From Octopus sinensis (lineage: Eukaryota), in the NCBI RefSeq assembly GCF_006345805.1, contig NC_043018.1, positions 11,408,001 to 11,472,000 on the forward strand: 64,000 nt of DNA. The letters run 5' to 3'. A model generated the notes under the pieces. It saw only the letters and a program-made list of their open reading frames with translations, made no database searches and was not told where the DNA came from. Both the position numbers and the translations under genes were made by a program. Of the stretch, positions 38,430-51,855 are shown in pieces. Positions within the stretch are counted from its first letter, which is position 1. Each line of letters opens with the position of its first letter.

Positions 38430-41129
38430 AAAGAAATCATCGTTCGAAAAAGTTTTGGGGGCTAAAAAGACGCTCCTCATCATTTCCAAGGGCACTGTGA
38501 AAAAAAAAAAGAACTCCGAAAAGTCCCCATCAAATCGGAGAAATTTCAACTTGTGTGTCCGACTTATCGCTGACGTCCGCCTCATATTTTATTATTTTTT
38601 TCTTTTTTACATTTTCCAGACATACGTTTTCGATTTTGATTATTCTGACAAAATCTGGGGGAAAAAATTTTTCTTTTCTCTAGAAACAGTCTGTGCAGGA
38701 GTGTACCCTATCGATTTTCTTTCCTTACAACTCTATTTAACATACAAACCCGAACTTTTACGGATACATTTTCGAGGGCGTATGTTACAATTTTCTCGAG
38801 GAATTACAATTTTCTCTGGGGGATTTGTTTTTTTTAATCGTAATCTACACCCCTTCGAAACTTTCATAAAAAATATATGCTTTTAGTAAAATCTGGTGCG
38901 TGCGTAGGGAATGATTTTTTTTGTTTTCACTTTTGTCCCAACATAACTGTAATTAATATCATTTAAAATATATCTCAAGAAAATTTCACGAAAAAGATGT
39001 CTTTTTTCACAACTTTTCCCTACATAATCGTAATCCGTACTATCTAAAAATTTCATTAAGAAATATTCAGGTACGGAAACTTACTCCACTGCTATGACAA
39101 CAGTGTAAACCGCTTGACAGATTCTGATTGGTCAATTGGTCGTCGTCGTCGTCACTGGTATAAAACAATGAACAGATGTGGCGAGAAAACGTCATAAATG
39201 AGCTAAAGGCGGCAAGCTGGCAGAAAGGTTGCTAGAAAGGTTGGCAGGCCGCCGGGCGAAATGCTCGACGGTATTTCGTCTGCCGTTACGTTCTGAGTTC
39301 AAATTCCGCCGAGGTCGACTTTGCCTTTCATCCTTTCGGGGTCGATAAATTAAGTACCAGTAACGCACTGGGGTCGATGTAATCGACTTAATACCTATGT
39401 TTGTCCTTGTTTGTCCCCTCTGTGTTTAGCCCCTTGTGGGTAATAAAAAAAAAAAGGTATTTCGTCTGCCGTTACGTTCTGAGTTCAAATTCCGCCGAGG
39501 TCGACTTTGCCTTTCATCCTTTCGGGGTCAATTAAAGGTTCTGTCAAACCATGTGGTGTGCAACTGATTGATGCTCTTGGAACTGAAGTTGAATTGGATG
39601 ATTTTCTTTCTTCTTTGCTCATGATCGTCTTTTCTTCGGTTTTGCATTTGGATTTTAATGTGAAATATTCATGTAATTGTCTCAATTTTTGTTTCATTTC
39701 ATGCCTTATCAAAACTACAATGTGACGGTTTCTCTCTCCTTCCTCTCTCTCTCTCTCTCTCTCTGTCTGTCTATCTGTCTATCTGTCTGTCTGTCTGTAT
39801 GTATGTATGTATGTATGCATGCATGCATGCATGCATGCATGTGTGTATGTATAAAATCACAGAAAGGTTCCACAATGAAAAATATATTAAGAACTGCTGC
39901 TCAGTATTATTTTTGACAAGAGAACAATAGCAGCTAAGTTCCTAGATTTTGAGGATCATGAACGTGAATCTGTCTGGGAAATTTTCAGAGAATTGAAATT
40001 GTGAGAATATGGAATTAATAGAAATGAAGATTTCTTGAAAAAGTCTGTCGATATCAGGAGAAAGTTATTCCCTGAAATGAAACAACATAAAAATAAACTT
40101 CATGTCCAAGTTTCTTAAAAGACCATGATTAAAGAACCAAGGAACACAGGGCAGATTTCTGCTTTAAGCACTCCATAAAACCCCTAATAGCCTTTTTATT
40201 GTTTGTAATTTTCAGAAAAGTTTTGTGAATTTGTATTCCATACACAGGAATTCATATGACTATGAAAAAAAATGTTTTTCTTAATTTCACTATGGAAAAA
40301 GTTAAGAGTAATTTAGCTGTTGTTTTCAGCACATCTCACAACCATCTGATACCTTCCATGTTTCTTTGTTTAATATTTTCTCTCCATAAACACATTTAAT
40401 TTAGTAATGGAAATTTAGTAAGAAAAAAATGTTGTGTATTGTTAAGAAAGAAATTCATAAATAAGGGATTGAGCATTCTTTCTTTTTCTTTTTTAACAAA
40501 AATGTTTCTCCCATCATTTTCAAGTGTGTCGTGCCTACAAAATCGACCAAAATTGGTTTTTGATTAAAAAACAAAAATTATTGTATGTAGTGCCCACAAA
40601 ATTGTCCGAAATTGGCCCGGAGGGCAGGGTAAAAGATTTTTTCAAAAATTTTTTAATGAAAATGTTTCTCCCATTGTTTTTAAGTGTGTAGCTGCCACAA
40701 ACTGGGAGTGAGGTAGGGTAAAAAAACTATCATTTCTTGAAAAAAATTTATTTTTTCTACAAAGATGCTCCCCATCATTTCCAAGCGAACCATGGAAAAA
40801 AAAATCTGAAAAATCCCTATCAAAACAGAGAAATTCCAACTTGTGTGTGCTACCTATTGCCAACTTCTGGCTAGCACTGATAATATATCTGATCATCATC
40901 ATCATCATCATGGACGGTTTGAACGGGGTCTGGGAAGCCAGGAGGCTGCACCAGGCTCCAATCTGATCTGGTAGTGGTTCTACAGCTGGATGCCCTTCCT
41001 AATGCCAACCACTCCATGAGTGTAGCGGGTGCTTTTTACATGCCAGGCGAGGCTGGCATGGCCACGATACATTTCTGAGTTATTAAGTATTTGAGAAATA
41101 GCAATAATTTACTTGTACATGATGAAATA

Positions 41130-42160
41130 ATAGGGGTACCCAAAAGTAACCAGGAATGTTCTCTGTGGGACAAGCCACTTGATGTGACCCTCAGTCATCA
41201 ATCTACCAGCATTGTTGAGTGAAGTCATACTGCCACGTGATGCATTCTTGTTTAGCAGTGCTTCTCCCCCGTTTCTCAATTTTTGTGATGGCTGAAAAGA
41301 AGGAACGGTGTATTTCCCTGAAATTCTGTTTTCTGCTGGGGAAAATGGCATCTGAAACAGTTGTCATGCTTCAAATAACTTACAAGAATGCTGCCATGAG
41401 TAAAACACAAGTTTATGAGTGGTTTCCACACTTTAGGAATGTTTCCACATCTTGTTGCTTGAAGATCAGCTGTCCAAATGAATGGAAACGTTACGAAAAT
41501 TCATGGCCTTAACTTGGAGGACCATTGCTGAACAATTGACAAACTTGTTGAGATGACTGGTGTATTCTGGAGATCCTGCCAATGAATTTTGAGCAAGAAA
41601 TTGCGAATGAAAAAAGTTGCAGTAAAATTTGTGCCTTGCTTGCTCACAGATCAAAAGCAGTCCCGACTGAATGTGTGTTGTGAACTGAAAGACTAGCTGG
41701 AAGTTGATTCAAACCTTTTTTCCCAAGGTCATTACTGGTGATGAAAGCTGGTACTATGGCTTGAAATGAAGCAGCAGTCAAGTTAATGAATTCATCAAGT
41801 GAAGTCCGATATCAAGATGATGCTGATTTGTTTCATCAATGTGAAAGGAATTGTCCACACAGAATTTGTTCCTCCTGATCAAAAAACTAACCAGACATTT
41901 TACTTGGCATTTTATGAGACAAGATCAAACGAAAACACCCCAACCTGTGGCAAAGTGGAGAGTGGTGGTTTCATCACAACAATGTGCCTGCATACACCCT
42001 GCCTTGAGTGTGAGACAGTTTTTGCCAAAAATGGCATAATCTCACTTACCAACCCTCCATCTTTGCCTGATCTTCCACCCTGCAACTTTTTTCTGTTCCT
42101 CCAAATGAAAAAAGCCCTTAAAGGAAATGTTTTGCAGATGTGCAAAAATCTTCAGTGTAT
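41130..42160 (+). mobile_element. mariner transposase pseudogene
   Basis: LKFCFLLGKMASETVVML...MSKTQVYEWF, ITGDESW, KGIVHTEFVP, PDLPPCNFFLF (YSPDLAP-like); frameshifted. Confidence 0.88.
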
Positions 42161-42264
42161 TAGAAGAGTAAAACACAAATTAAATGTTAAAAAAATATGG
42201 TCAATCATAGGAGGAGGAGGAGGAGAGGAAGAAGAAGACCACCACCACCACCACCATCACTTAC

Positions 42265-42471
42265 CGTTTTGTTATCCCAGTTTAGCCCAAATGACTTTAA
42301 AATGTGCGTAAAGTCTTCCTTATTAACACAGTTCAATAATCCATAATCACTCTTTTGGAATGCATTAAGTAGGTCTTTCTTATGGGCTTTAACCAATTTA
42401 CGCACAATGTCGTGCATTTCTTTGTAAGTGAAACCAGCGTTTTCAGGGCTGGAAATATTTGGACGTTTTCT
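42265..42471 (-). CDS. EFCAB6: EFCAB6-like coding exon
   Basis: ctggcag acceptor, ACG|gtaagt donor; RKRPN...MHDIVRKLVKAHKKDLLNAFQKSDYGLLNCVNKEDFTHILKSFGLNWDNKT. Confidence 0.87.
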
Positions 42472-43190
42472 CTGCCAGAAGAGAAAGAAGAAAGCAATTG
42501 AATATTTCAACAGATATAAGAGCACACAAGATGATACAACACTACGATTATATTCTACCAGACACAGGCAATCTTTAATTCTCTGTAACTATACTTCTTC
42601 CTTCTATGATTGGGCTTTACCAAAATGACCATACATAATTATAATTCAACACATAGGCACAGGCATGGCTGTGTGGTAAGAAGCTTGCTTCCCAACCACA
42701 TGGTTGTGGGTTCAGTCCCACTGCATGACACTTTGGGCAAGTGTCTTCTACTGTAGCCTTGGGCTGACCAAAGCCTAGTGAGAGGATTTAATAGATGGAA
42801 ACTAAAAGAAGCCTGTCATTTGAACTCAGAACGTAATGGCAGACAAAATACCGCTAAGCATTTCACCCGGTGTGCTAACGGTTCTGCCAGCTCACCGCCT
42901 TTCTCTCATTTTCTCTCTCACTCTTTTCATGTATGCTTTTCATTCTCTCTATTTCTCTGAATTCCCCTCTTCAAGAGAGAAAGAGACAAATAAATTCAAG
43001 AGACAACACAGGAGCAAGACAGAGCTTTTGACACAATGCAAACATTTTCAAACTTACTGATACCAACTTTTACAACTTACTACTGTTCTACTTTTTGATA
43101 ATGCTACCTCTGCAGTGGTTCACCTGTTCTGAGGAAAATAAGGAATATTCAAGTCATGCATCTAATATTCTAGTCATAATGGTCAAACCA

Positions 43191-43221
<31 letters not shown>

Positions 43222-44295
43222 GTAAGGAGTTTTAAAAACTTTGAGCAGTTTTCAAATTTGACTCTAGTTGAGAGGTTCTCAGCCACCGACCGAAAGAACT
43301 GACAGTTTTTGATCCATCAACAATGATCTGCAGTGATCATAGCCAAAAGTAGCTTCTTTTACTGGATTAACCCAATATCTCCTTAAATAGGCTTATGATT
43401 AAAGATCTTCCAGAATCGTCTGCAGAACTACATTATCAAATTTACTTTCATTTTTAACACGGTATGGTGAGATCTGGTGAAGATAAGGCTACTACTTCTA
43501 GCTCGACAAGCAACCAAACAGAAGCTCTCTTGTAGACTCAAATGTAAATGGTTATTATGACAAGGCGAGCTGGCAGAAGCATTAGCACGCCAGGTGAAAT
43601 GCTTAGCAGTATTTCGTCTGCCGCTACATTCTGAGTTCAAATTCTGCCGAGGTCAACTTTGCCTTTCATCCTTTCGGGGGTCGATTAATTAAGTACAAGT
43701 TACGCACTGGGGTCGATATAATCAACTTAATCTGTTTGTCTGTCCTCTCTGTGTTTAGCCCCTTGTGGGTAGTAAAGAAATAAGGTTATCTTGACAAGGT
43801 AGTACAAACCACTATAAGCAGTTGGAACACTGTACAATTAACAAACATTTTCTTAGCTTGCAGCAGTGAAGATGATTCAGGTTGTCTAATGTTGAAGAAA
43901 ACAACCAGAAACTAAGTACCAGTTAGCTCTAACACTGAAATGAAGATCTTTCCCACTTTCTCTGCTTCTCATCATGTTTCATGTGATGGGTAATATATAA
44001 AAGATGATCAAAGTGGTGAGCTGGCAGAATCATGGCAGACCAGGAAAAACGCTTAGCAGCATTTTGTTTGTTTTTACATTTTGAGTTCAAATTCCACCAA
44101 GGTCAACTTTATCTTTCATCTTTTGGGGGTCAATAAAATAAGTTCCAATTGGACTCTGGGTTGATTGACTTACCCACTCCCCCATTATTGCTGGCCTTGT
44201 ACCAAAATTTGAAACCTATATATAAAAGATGATCTATTATCAAACTCTTCACAACCATACTTTGACTTTTGTGGACAGAGCAGCCATATACTTAC

Positions 44296-44481
44296 ATTAC
44301 TATGCATCACACTGTTGATGAAGGATCTAATGTCCACACAGCCTTGTTGGTCACAGAAGTTTGTGTTCATGATTTGTTCTTCCTGCTCCTCACTCAGATG
44401 CACATTATATTTCTCAAATAACTTCAGCAGATCCAGCAAATGGATCGTAACATTTCCTTTATTTTCTAAATCCCGCAATTC
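44296..44481 (-). CDS. EFCAB6: EFCAB6-like coding exon
   Basis: ttttccag acceptor, AAT|gtaagt donor; ELRDLENKGNVTIHLLDLLKLFEKYNVHLSEEQEEQIM...DQQGCVDIRSFINSVMHSN. Confidence 0.87.
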
Positions 44482-44957
44482 CTGGAAAACAAAATAATGG
44501 ACAAATAAATGAAAGAATGGAAAACAAGCAGATGACTGAAAAACTAATAACAGTTATAGTATGTCACAACTCTTTGAAGTCGGCAGAGCATGAGACTAAA
44601 TGTCTTGTGGTAGTATTCATTCTGGTTTTCCATCTGACTTTGAATCCTGCTAGGGTTGACTTTGACATTCATTATTCTGGGACCCACAAAATAAAGAACC
44701 ATTCAAGTACTGGAATATATACATATACATATTTAACCAAATCCTCCATCCCTCCATCCAAGTCAAAGACAGGAGCAGAAGCAATAATGTCATGAAAATG
44801 TATGTGGGCATGTGTGTGTATATAAATACATCTATGTGTGTGTGTGTGTGTGTGTGTGTATAGTCTGTGATATATAAGATGATTTCACAGGACAACTACT
44901 GCATCTTACAGCATTTAAAAGAATGCACCTGAGTTAAGTTGGATATAGAAATTAATA

Positions 44958-45128
44958 TTAGATTCACTTCAACATTTAAATTTAATTTGTCAAAATATTT
45001 TTGTTGCTTTGAGACCACGACCTGTTCACTGATAAAACTCCATGCTGCACGGATTTTATCAGTGAACAGGTCGCGGTCTCAAAGCGCCGAAAATATTTTG
45101 ACAAATTTAAATGTTGAAGTGAATCTAA
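44958..45128. repeat. Near-perfect palindrome (about 80-bp arms, about 9-nt loop)
   Basis: TTAGATTCACTTCAACATTTAAATTT...CTGATAAAA / TTTTATCAG...AAATTTAAATGTTGAAGTGAATCTAA. Confidence 0.9.
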
Positions 45129-45559
45129 CGGTTTTTGTGTATTTCTTAAATGGCTTAAAAACACCTTCCACGCTGGAATTAATATTCCTTACAAGACTGC
45201 TTCCATCACTAATAACTAATTTACACACAGCCTACCAACTCTATGTGACATCACTGACTGTTTAATCAGTGTTAAACTGTATCAGTTTGACAAGATTTGG
45301 GTGTGGCACCTTGTGATTGGGTTTCTGTTGCTGACAAGGTGGAAAATTATGCCAAAATCATGTGATACAACAGTTTCATCTGCCAATAGCGACCAAATTC
45401 CATCTGCTGATATAATCTGTGCTATTTAGCACTAAACATCTGTACAAGATAATTGCTCAGGATGACTGTTGCAGCCCACTGTGTTTAAAATGAATATTAA
45501 TTTGTACATTCAAGTTAAGTTGGATGCACAGATCAATATTCGTTACAAAGACTGCTTCT

Positions 45560-45880
45560 GTTGCTAATATATGTCGGCCATGACAGAGGAATTTAGAACT
45601 GGTTGCCCATGGCAGCTTCTCTATGCTGATGACCAAGTTCTTAAAGTTGAATCTGTTTTAGAATTATAGACGAAATTTCAGGTGTAGAAGCAAGGCCTGG
45701 AATCGAAAGGGCCTTAGTGTTAGTTTAGCAAAAGACCAAAGTACTCGTAAGCAGCAATCCCTTTATGGAAATGACCCTTAATAGGCAGAGAAGGTGTAGG
45801 TAGAAATTTCATGCGATGTACCCACTGCAAACTATGGATACATAAAAGCTGCAGTGGAATCATTGGAAGGTTAGAGAAAG
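45560..45880 (+). mobile_element. RTE LINE RT fragment
   Basis: CPWQLLYADD, QGLESKG and GVGRNFMRCTHCKLWIHKSC. Confidence 0.8.
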
Positions 45881-46640
45881 TAGTCTCAGATTCGCCGAAG
45901 TTGTGGATTGCCTTCAGGACTCCAGCTACACGGAGCTGGTCTTGTTGCGTCTGGCTCGGTCGGCAGCAGGGGGCGAAGAGAGGGAAAAGCAGTCAAGCTA
46001 ATCCCTGCGCATCAGTGGATGAAAATCCCAAAATGGCATCTGGAACCTGGCGTCACTATACACTTCCTTTTCAAATGCATTGTTGTTATTGCTGTTGTTG
46101 GTAGAGGTTTTAATGCTTTCTTTGCCAAAATTTTCCATTTTCTCTTTATTTTCAAAATGGTTGTTGTCTGATTTTCAAGCAGGGACACAATGCATCCTTC
46201 TCCTCACATCCTATTTCACAGCAATCTGGTCACACTTCTTCCCACTTTCTCCCCATCTCTCTCATAAACAAGCCTCACTGTGATGTCTGATGTTTTTTTT
46301 GCCATGGAGGCAGAAGACAAAAATCTTCATTACAAGAAACAATATTAAACTCAGATATTCCACCAAAGTGGAGAACAACACACACAAATGCCAAACAACT
46401 TGCCTTCCATTTTGGCATAAAATTTCAAAACTCTGAATGCAAGTTTTGCATGATTTATGCTTGATTTCTTTACAAACATTACAGAGGTGAGATCAAGTAT
46501 GACTTGCCCAGCAGACGGCCATCATCATCAAGAAGGGGGCTGGAGGAGGAGGAGGAGGAGGAGGAGACGCCGACGGCAACAACAACAAATAACATTAACA
46601 ACTGTGACAGCTTAATGCCTTAATCAATCTGAAAACTTAC

Positions 46641-46716
46641 TTTCCATAAATCTTGGGGGCATTCACTTAAAACTTCTCTGAAATTTCGATGCTTCATTGC
46701 AGAATCACGACCTGAC
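46641..46716 (-). CDS. EFCAB6: EFCAB6-like coding exon (not in ORF track)
   Basis: cttttgtag acceptor, AAA|gtaagt donor; 76 nt, SGRDSAMKHRNFREVLSECPQDLWK. Phase 2/0 exactly bridges the neighbouring exons. Confidence 0.82.
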
Positions 46717-46732
46717 CTACAAAAGCAGAACA

Positions 46733-46734
<2 letters not shown>

Positions 46735-46782
<48 letters not shown>

Positions 46783-46802
46783 TATTAATAATAATAATAA
46801 TA

Positions 46803-46840
<38 letters not shown>

Positions 46841-46907
46841 TAATAATAATAATAATATAATAATAATAATAACAATAATAATAATAATAATAATTATTAT
46901 TATTATT

Positions 46908-46982
<75 letters not shown>

Positions 46983-47010
46983 TAACAATAACAATAACAA
47001 TAATAATAAT
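46735..47010. repeat. (AAT)n microsatellite, about 275 bp
   Basis: Seen directly; abuts a SINE-A tail. Confidence 0.95.
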
Positions 47011-47331
47011 CCTTTCTACTAAAGGCACAAGGCCTGAAATTTGAGGGGAGGGGAATTGTCAATTACATCGACCCCAGTGTTTCACTGGTACTTAATTTAT
47101 TAACTGACCCTGAAAGGATGAAAAGCAAAGCCAACCATGGCAAAATTTGAACACATGATGTAAAGATAGGTGAAATACTGCCAAGCATTTCGCCTGGCAT
47201 GCTAGTAATTCTACCAGCTCACAACCTTAATAATAAAAATGATAATAATAAAAATAATAATACGGTGAGCTGGCAGAATTGTTAGGACGCTGGGCGAAAT
47301 ACTTAGTAATATTTCGTCTGCCATTACATTT

Positions 47332-48420
47332 GCTGCACCCAGTGTAAACTATGGACACATAAGAGGTGCAATGGAATCACAGGTAGATTAACAGATAAAG
47401 CCGTCTTTGTATGTGGCAGATGTGCAGGAATAATAAGTACTAAGAGCACACGGGACTTAGATTCCCTGAAATGCCCAGGAGGCTCTCTTGAGGTTGTAGA
47501 TAGTTTCTGTTACCTAGGTGACCAAATTAGCAATGGTGGAGGATGCTCTGAAAATATTGTTTCTAGAATAAGAATTGGGTGGAGGAAGTTCAGAGAGCCA
47601 CTACCTCTGTTGGTAACAAAAGGACTCTCTCTCAGAGTGAAAGGTAGACTGTATGGATCTTGTGTGCAAACAGCTATACTCCATGGTAGTGATACATGCG
47701 CTCTGAATGCAGAAGACATGTGTAGACTGGAGAGAATGTAGGTAGTATGCTCCATTGGATGTGCAACATCAGTGCACATGTATGGCATAGAGCAAATGTA
47801 TTGAGAGAAAAGTTGAGCATAAGAGGAATCAAATGTAGCCTGCAAGAGAGAAGACTACATTGCTTTGGACATGTGATGCATTTGAATGAGGACAGCTGCA
47901 TAAAGAAGTGCTGATCACTGAAAGTAGATGGTACCCACGGAAGAGGAAGAACCAGGAAGACACGGGATGAAGTGGGAAGGACCGATCTCAGGATGCTGGG
48001 CCCCATGGAGAAAATGACAATGTACTGAGATGTCTGGTGATATGAAGTTTTTGAGAAGATCTGCCCATGTCAGCAAAACTGAGTTCTAGAAGCAATGTGT
48101 GTCCTGCCTGCACATAACAAGGAAACTTCTCACACACCCTACCACCACAACAAACCAAACTACATCTCTACATCTCTTCCTCACATCCCCACTTCATGCA
48201 CTACGCTTACTTCCCACTCTCCAATCCCCGTGGCCTCGTATCACTGCTATCTGCCAGCCCCCAACCTGTGTGTTCCACTCACATGTAATAAGAAAACTTC
48301 TCACACACCCTACCACCCCAAAAAAACGATCTACATCTCTTCTCTTCCTCACACTTCCTCCTTCATGCACTATGCGTAACTCTCACTCCCCAATCCTGTC
48401 CTCATGCCCCTCTTTCTCTC
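47332..48420 (+). mobile_element. RTE LINE 3' fragment; adjacent 3' region carries a diverged tandem duplication of about 170-180 bp (48095-48400)
   Basis: CTQCKLWTHKRC, DSFCYLGDQ, RIRIGWRKFRE; two similar blocks ...GAAACTTCTCACACACCCTACCACC... Confidence 0.85.
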
Positions 48421-48631
48421 TATCATTGATATCTGGTAGCTCCCACCACCACCCTACCCATGTTTTATATATATATATATGTGTGTGTGTGTATATATAT
48501 ATATACATACACATAGATAGATAGATAGATACAGATATACACATACTTATATACAAATACATAAACACACGCATACACACGCGTGCACACAAAATGATGC
48601 TTTCTTCTGAAACAGTCTCCAATATACTTAC

Positions 48632-48787
48632 GATGGTACTGATGAGGAGCCTGGAAGCGTTTTGCTGCCTATGGGTTTCCACACCATCTGGGCACCTCCT
48701 GTGTCCCCTTGACTGCAACTTTCTTCTAATTCACACCCTTTTAGGAAATCTTCATATGTGATAAAGCCTGTGCTGGTAGGATCACAT
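48632..48787 (-). CDS. EFCAB6: EFCAB6-like coding exon
   Basis: ttctcaag acceptor, TC|gtaagt donor; (R)CDPTSTGFITYEDFLKGC...SVP(S), with an EF-hand loop; phase 2/2. Confidence 0.87.
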
Positions 48788-49800
48788 CTTGAGAACGAAA
48801 ACAAAAGAAAAAGAAAACAAAATGATAATAAACAACTATTTTGGGGATGCGTTAATACCAGAAGTTCCCACTGTATCTCAGCCACCAAAAGTGATTGCCA
48901 TAGAAACTAGGTTGTAGTATAATTCTGCAAAGAGTTACAAAAGCAAAATCTTTCAGTTTTGAAACATTTTATACAATATAGGTTGTAAAATGTTCGTGAA
49001 TAAGTTATACAATAAAGCAAGTACATGTATGAACGCCACAATGCAACATTTGTTCCAAACTAAAATTGAGGAATATATTTTCCCCAACAAAAGTACCAAA
49101 TGCTAATTGTATCCAGTTTTTGTAATGTCTTTTTTTTATTTAAATTTAAAAAACACAGGAGCCAAAATTAATTGAAAGTAAAAAGTTACCTTCTCAAGTC
49201 ATAGTGACTCATAAGGGCTGGTTTCCATGGCATATAAACTCCCTACCTGGATGGGATGCCAGTCCGTCACAAGATTACTCATTTTTGCCAGCTGAGTGGA
49301 CTGGAGCAATGTGAAATGAAGTGTTTTACTCAAGAACACAACACATCACTCAGTCCAGGAATTGAAACTACAATCTCACGATTACAAGTCCAACACCCTA
49401 ACCACTAAGCCACACACCTCCACAGTCAAATTTAATTGGCACTCAATCACTGTTGGATGCACTCCAGCCTCTGGCCTATAAGTCTACTTTCTTCTCTCTC
49501 TGTACCATAGATATTCTGTCTCCTTGCTGTCCTTTTATCACTAGCAGACACATGCCAGCCTCTGGCCCACAGGGCTGCTGCTTTCTCTCAGTTTTTTCAA
49601 TCACTACTACAATGATCTCTGTTACCCAGAGCTGCCTAATATCATGCTCCTGCCACTCCAGTACCCCTGATCTGCTAGTCTTTCCACCTTTTATCACACT
49701 TGGTACATCCAAACCATTATGCTGTTTTTTCCCCCACCTTCTGGAATCACTTCCCTGCCCATATTTTTCCTGTAGGTGCTGACTTGCAATAATAGTTTAA

Positions 49801-50016
49801 CCCTTTAGTATTCAAATTATTCTGTCAAAAATAATACCTATTAATTCATATTGCTTTCAATTAATCAAGCATTATTTTGCTGTGTCGAGATTGTGATGAT
49901 GTAATTGTTTATTTTTAGAATGACATTGCAGGCTTGATGGGAGAGGCCAGATCTAGCCAGTTTGACCATAAAACAGAATTATTTGGCCAGATATGGCTGG
50001 TTTAAATGATAAAGGG
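49801..50016. mobile_element. piggyBac-type MITE with TTAA TSD
   Basis: TTAA-CCCTTTAG...ATAAAGGG-TTAA; reverse-orientation relative of 3805-4024. Confidence 0.75.
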
Positions 50017-50499
50017 TTAAGCACAGCATTATCAGCATCAAGCTCACAAGTCTAGCAGGATCTATGAAGGTCATGGGTAATGCTTTTACCTCCAAACTTA
50101 GACTAAAAAGATTTTAAAAATCAGACAATAATTAATTTGCCAGAATAAGGCATGATGCTAAAATGTTGAAGAAATATTGGTTTTTCCCTGATATTGTTTT
50201 CCCTTTTTAAACATCAATTTCCTCAGATGAGATGTGTTGTTGACAATATTTCAAATGATCTTTTTTTCGTTTGTCTTCAAGTGCTAACCCTGAGATCCTC
50301 AAAGGAACAAAAGGTTGCAGGCTCGATGCCTGGCCTAGCTCAGAAACATCACCTGCAGATGATTGAAGAAAATACCGATGAACTGAGTGGTGCTGCTATT
50401 TGTAAGAGAATGTAGGAAGAAGTGGTTCCCTGTTTATATATAAAAGTATGGTTTACATAAAAGTTGCAAAGTTGCATGAAAGTAATAAAAGTCTCTCAC

Positions 50500-50618
50500 C
50501 GCAGCCAGACCTTCTTTAGTTCCTCTGAGTTGAGATGAATGTTGAAGCATTTCAGAAGATTCTTCAGAGTGTCCAGTTTCAAAACTTCCTTGTTACTTTC
50601 ATTAAAAGTCTGAAACAT
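50500..50618 (-). CDS. EFCAB6: EFCAB6-like coding exon
   Basis: caatcag acceptor, CG|gtgaga donor; MFQTFNESNKEVLKLDTLKNLLKCFNIHLNSEELKKVWL(R); phase 0/2. Confidence 0.87.
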
Positions 50619-50749
50619 CTGATTGAAAAAATAAACAGATAACAACAGCAACAACAACAACAACAACAACAACAACAGCAACAGCAGCAACAGCAGCAGA
50701 GTGGTTGACATTGGGTAGGACAGTGCTGCACTTGAAAAATATCAAAAAA

Positions 50750-51055
50750 AGGCAACATGGGAGACCATTACAGGTTGATATCCTGTTTGCCAGTTACGTG
50801 GAAATTATTGACTGGAATACTTGTTGAAAAAATCACCAAGTACGTTGAATTGAAAGTTAAAATGGCAAGACTGTATGGAATGCGAGAAGGTAATGTACAA
50901 GCGATACCAGTGGTGATCAGAGCATTGGGCTCAATACCATTGAAGGTCTTGCAAAAAGCAGCCTTATTGGGTACGGCGCACATCTTAAAGAAAGTATTAT
51001 GTGTCTGAGGTCCTTGTTGTGACTTGACAGATGACCAAAGGCTCCAGTGCATTTT
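50750..51055 (+). mobile_element. R4/Dong-like (REL-endonuclease) non-LTR element, internally deleted remnant
   Basis: YRLISCLPVTWKLLTGI (RT domain 1) fused to KYVEL...IPVVIRALGSIP...LQKAALLGTAHILKKVL (REL C-terminus). Confidence 0.7.
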
Positions 51056-51389
51056 TACCTACACTGTATTACAAAGGAATAATAATAAGAACAACAACAA
51101 CAACAACAATAATAATGGTTTCAAATTTTGCCACAAGGGCAGCCATTTTGGGGGAAGGGATGTGTTGATTACATTGACCCCAGTGTTGAACTGGTACTGA
51201 AAATAATAATTCAAGACAATGAAATAGCAAAAAGGATCATCAAAACAGGAAACAATTTGGTGATCCTTTCTTGTTATTACATATATATATATGTACATAC
51301 TTGTTATTACATACATACATATATACATAGAAACATAAATATACATGTAGAAAAATAAATGAAAATAAAGAAAACAAGCATAGAGTTAC

Positions 51390-51579
51390 CTTTACTATCT
51401 TTTGAGATTTATTTTGAGATTTTTCCGCCAGAACAAGAGGTAGTTGTGAAGCCATGATAGTATTATCTGTTTCAGTTAGTCTTTTGCTCTGAGCAGAGTC
51501 AGCAATGGAGAGCTTTTGGAGGAACTCATTGGCATCAACCATACCATTGTTTTGAGAGATGCCATACTTGCGGAACAAA
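51390..51579 (-). CDS. EFCAB6: EFCAB6-like coding exon
   Basis: tttttcag acceptor, AAG|gtaact donor; (S)LFRKYGISQNNGMVDANEFLQKL...SQKIVK; phase 2/0. Confidence 0.85.
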
Positions 51580-51669
51580 CTGAAAAATTTTAAATGTTAG
51601 CAACCAAAATACTGATGAAATATCAAATTTAAACTTATCTACTCAGATGTATATTATAAGATTATATTA

Positions 51670-51855
51670 CTGGTAACATGAATTCAATAGTGAGCTTTGC
51701 AAATGCACCACAACCAGAAGTAAATGACAAACAAAAGGACCATTTCTACGAGCTCTTTTTGAGGCCTACCTTGGTAAAAGTTGATATTAATATTCTCATA
51801 ATGGCTGATAACTTTAATGGACATGTTGGGCAACACTACAATGGGTATTTCCCAT
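51670..51855 (+). mobile_element. RTE-type APE endonuclease fragment
   Basis: IVSFANAPQ...KDHFYE...IMADNFNGHVG (YAPQ and GDFNGHVG motifs). Confidence 0.7.

Noticed and set aside
43081-43128. Possible small EFCAB6 exon (cctcag ... gtaagt)
   Set aside because: In-frame TGA in the required phase; other frames also stop.
46694-47062. Poly-Tyr/Leu/Ile ORFs and similar YI/HT-rich ORFs elsewhere
   Set aside because: Microsatellite translations.
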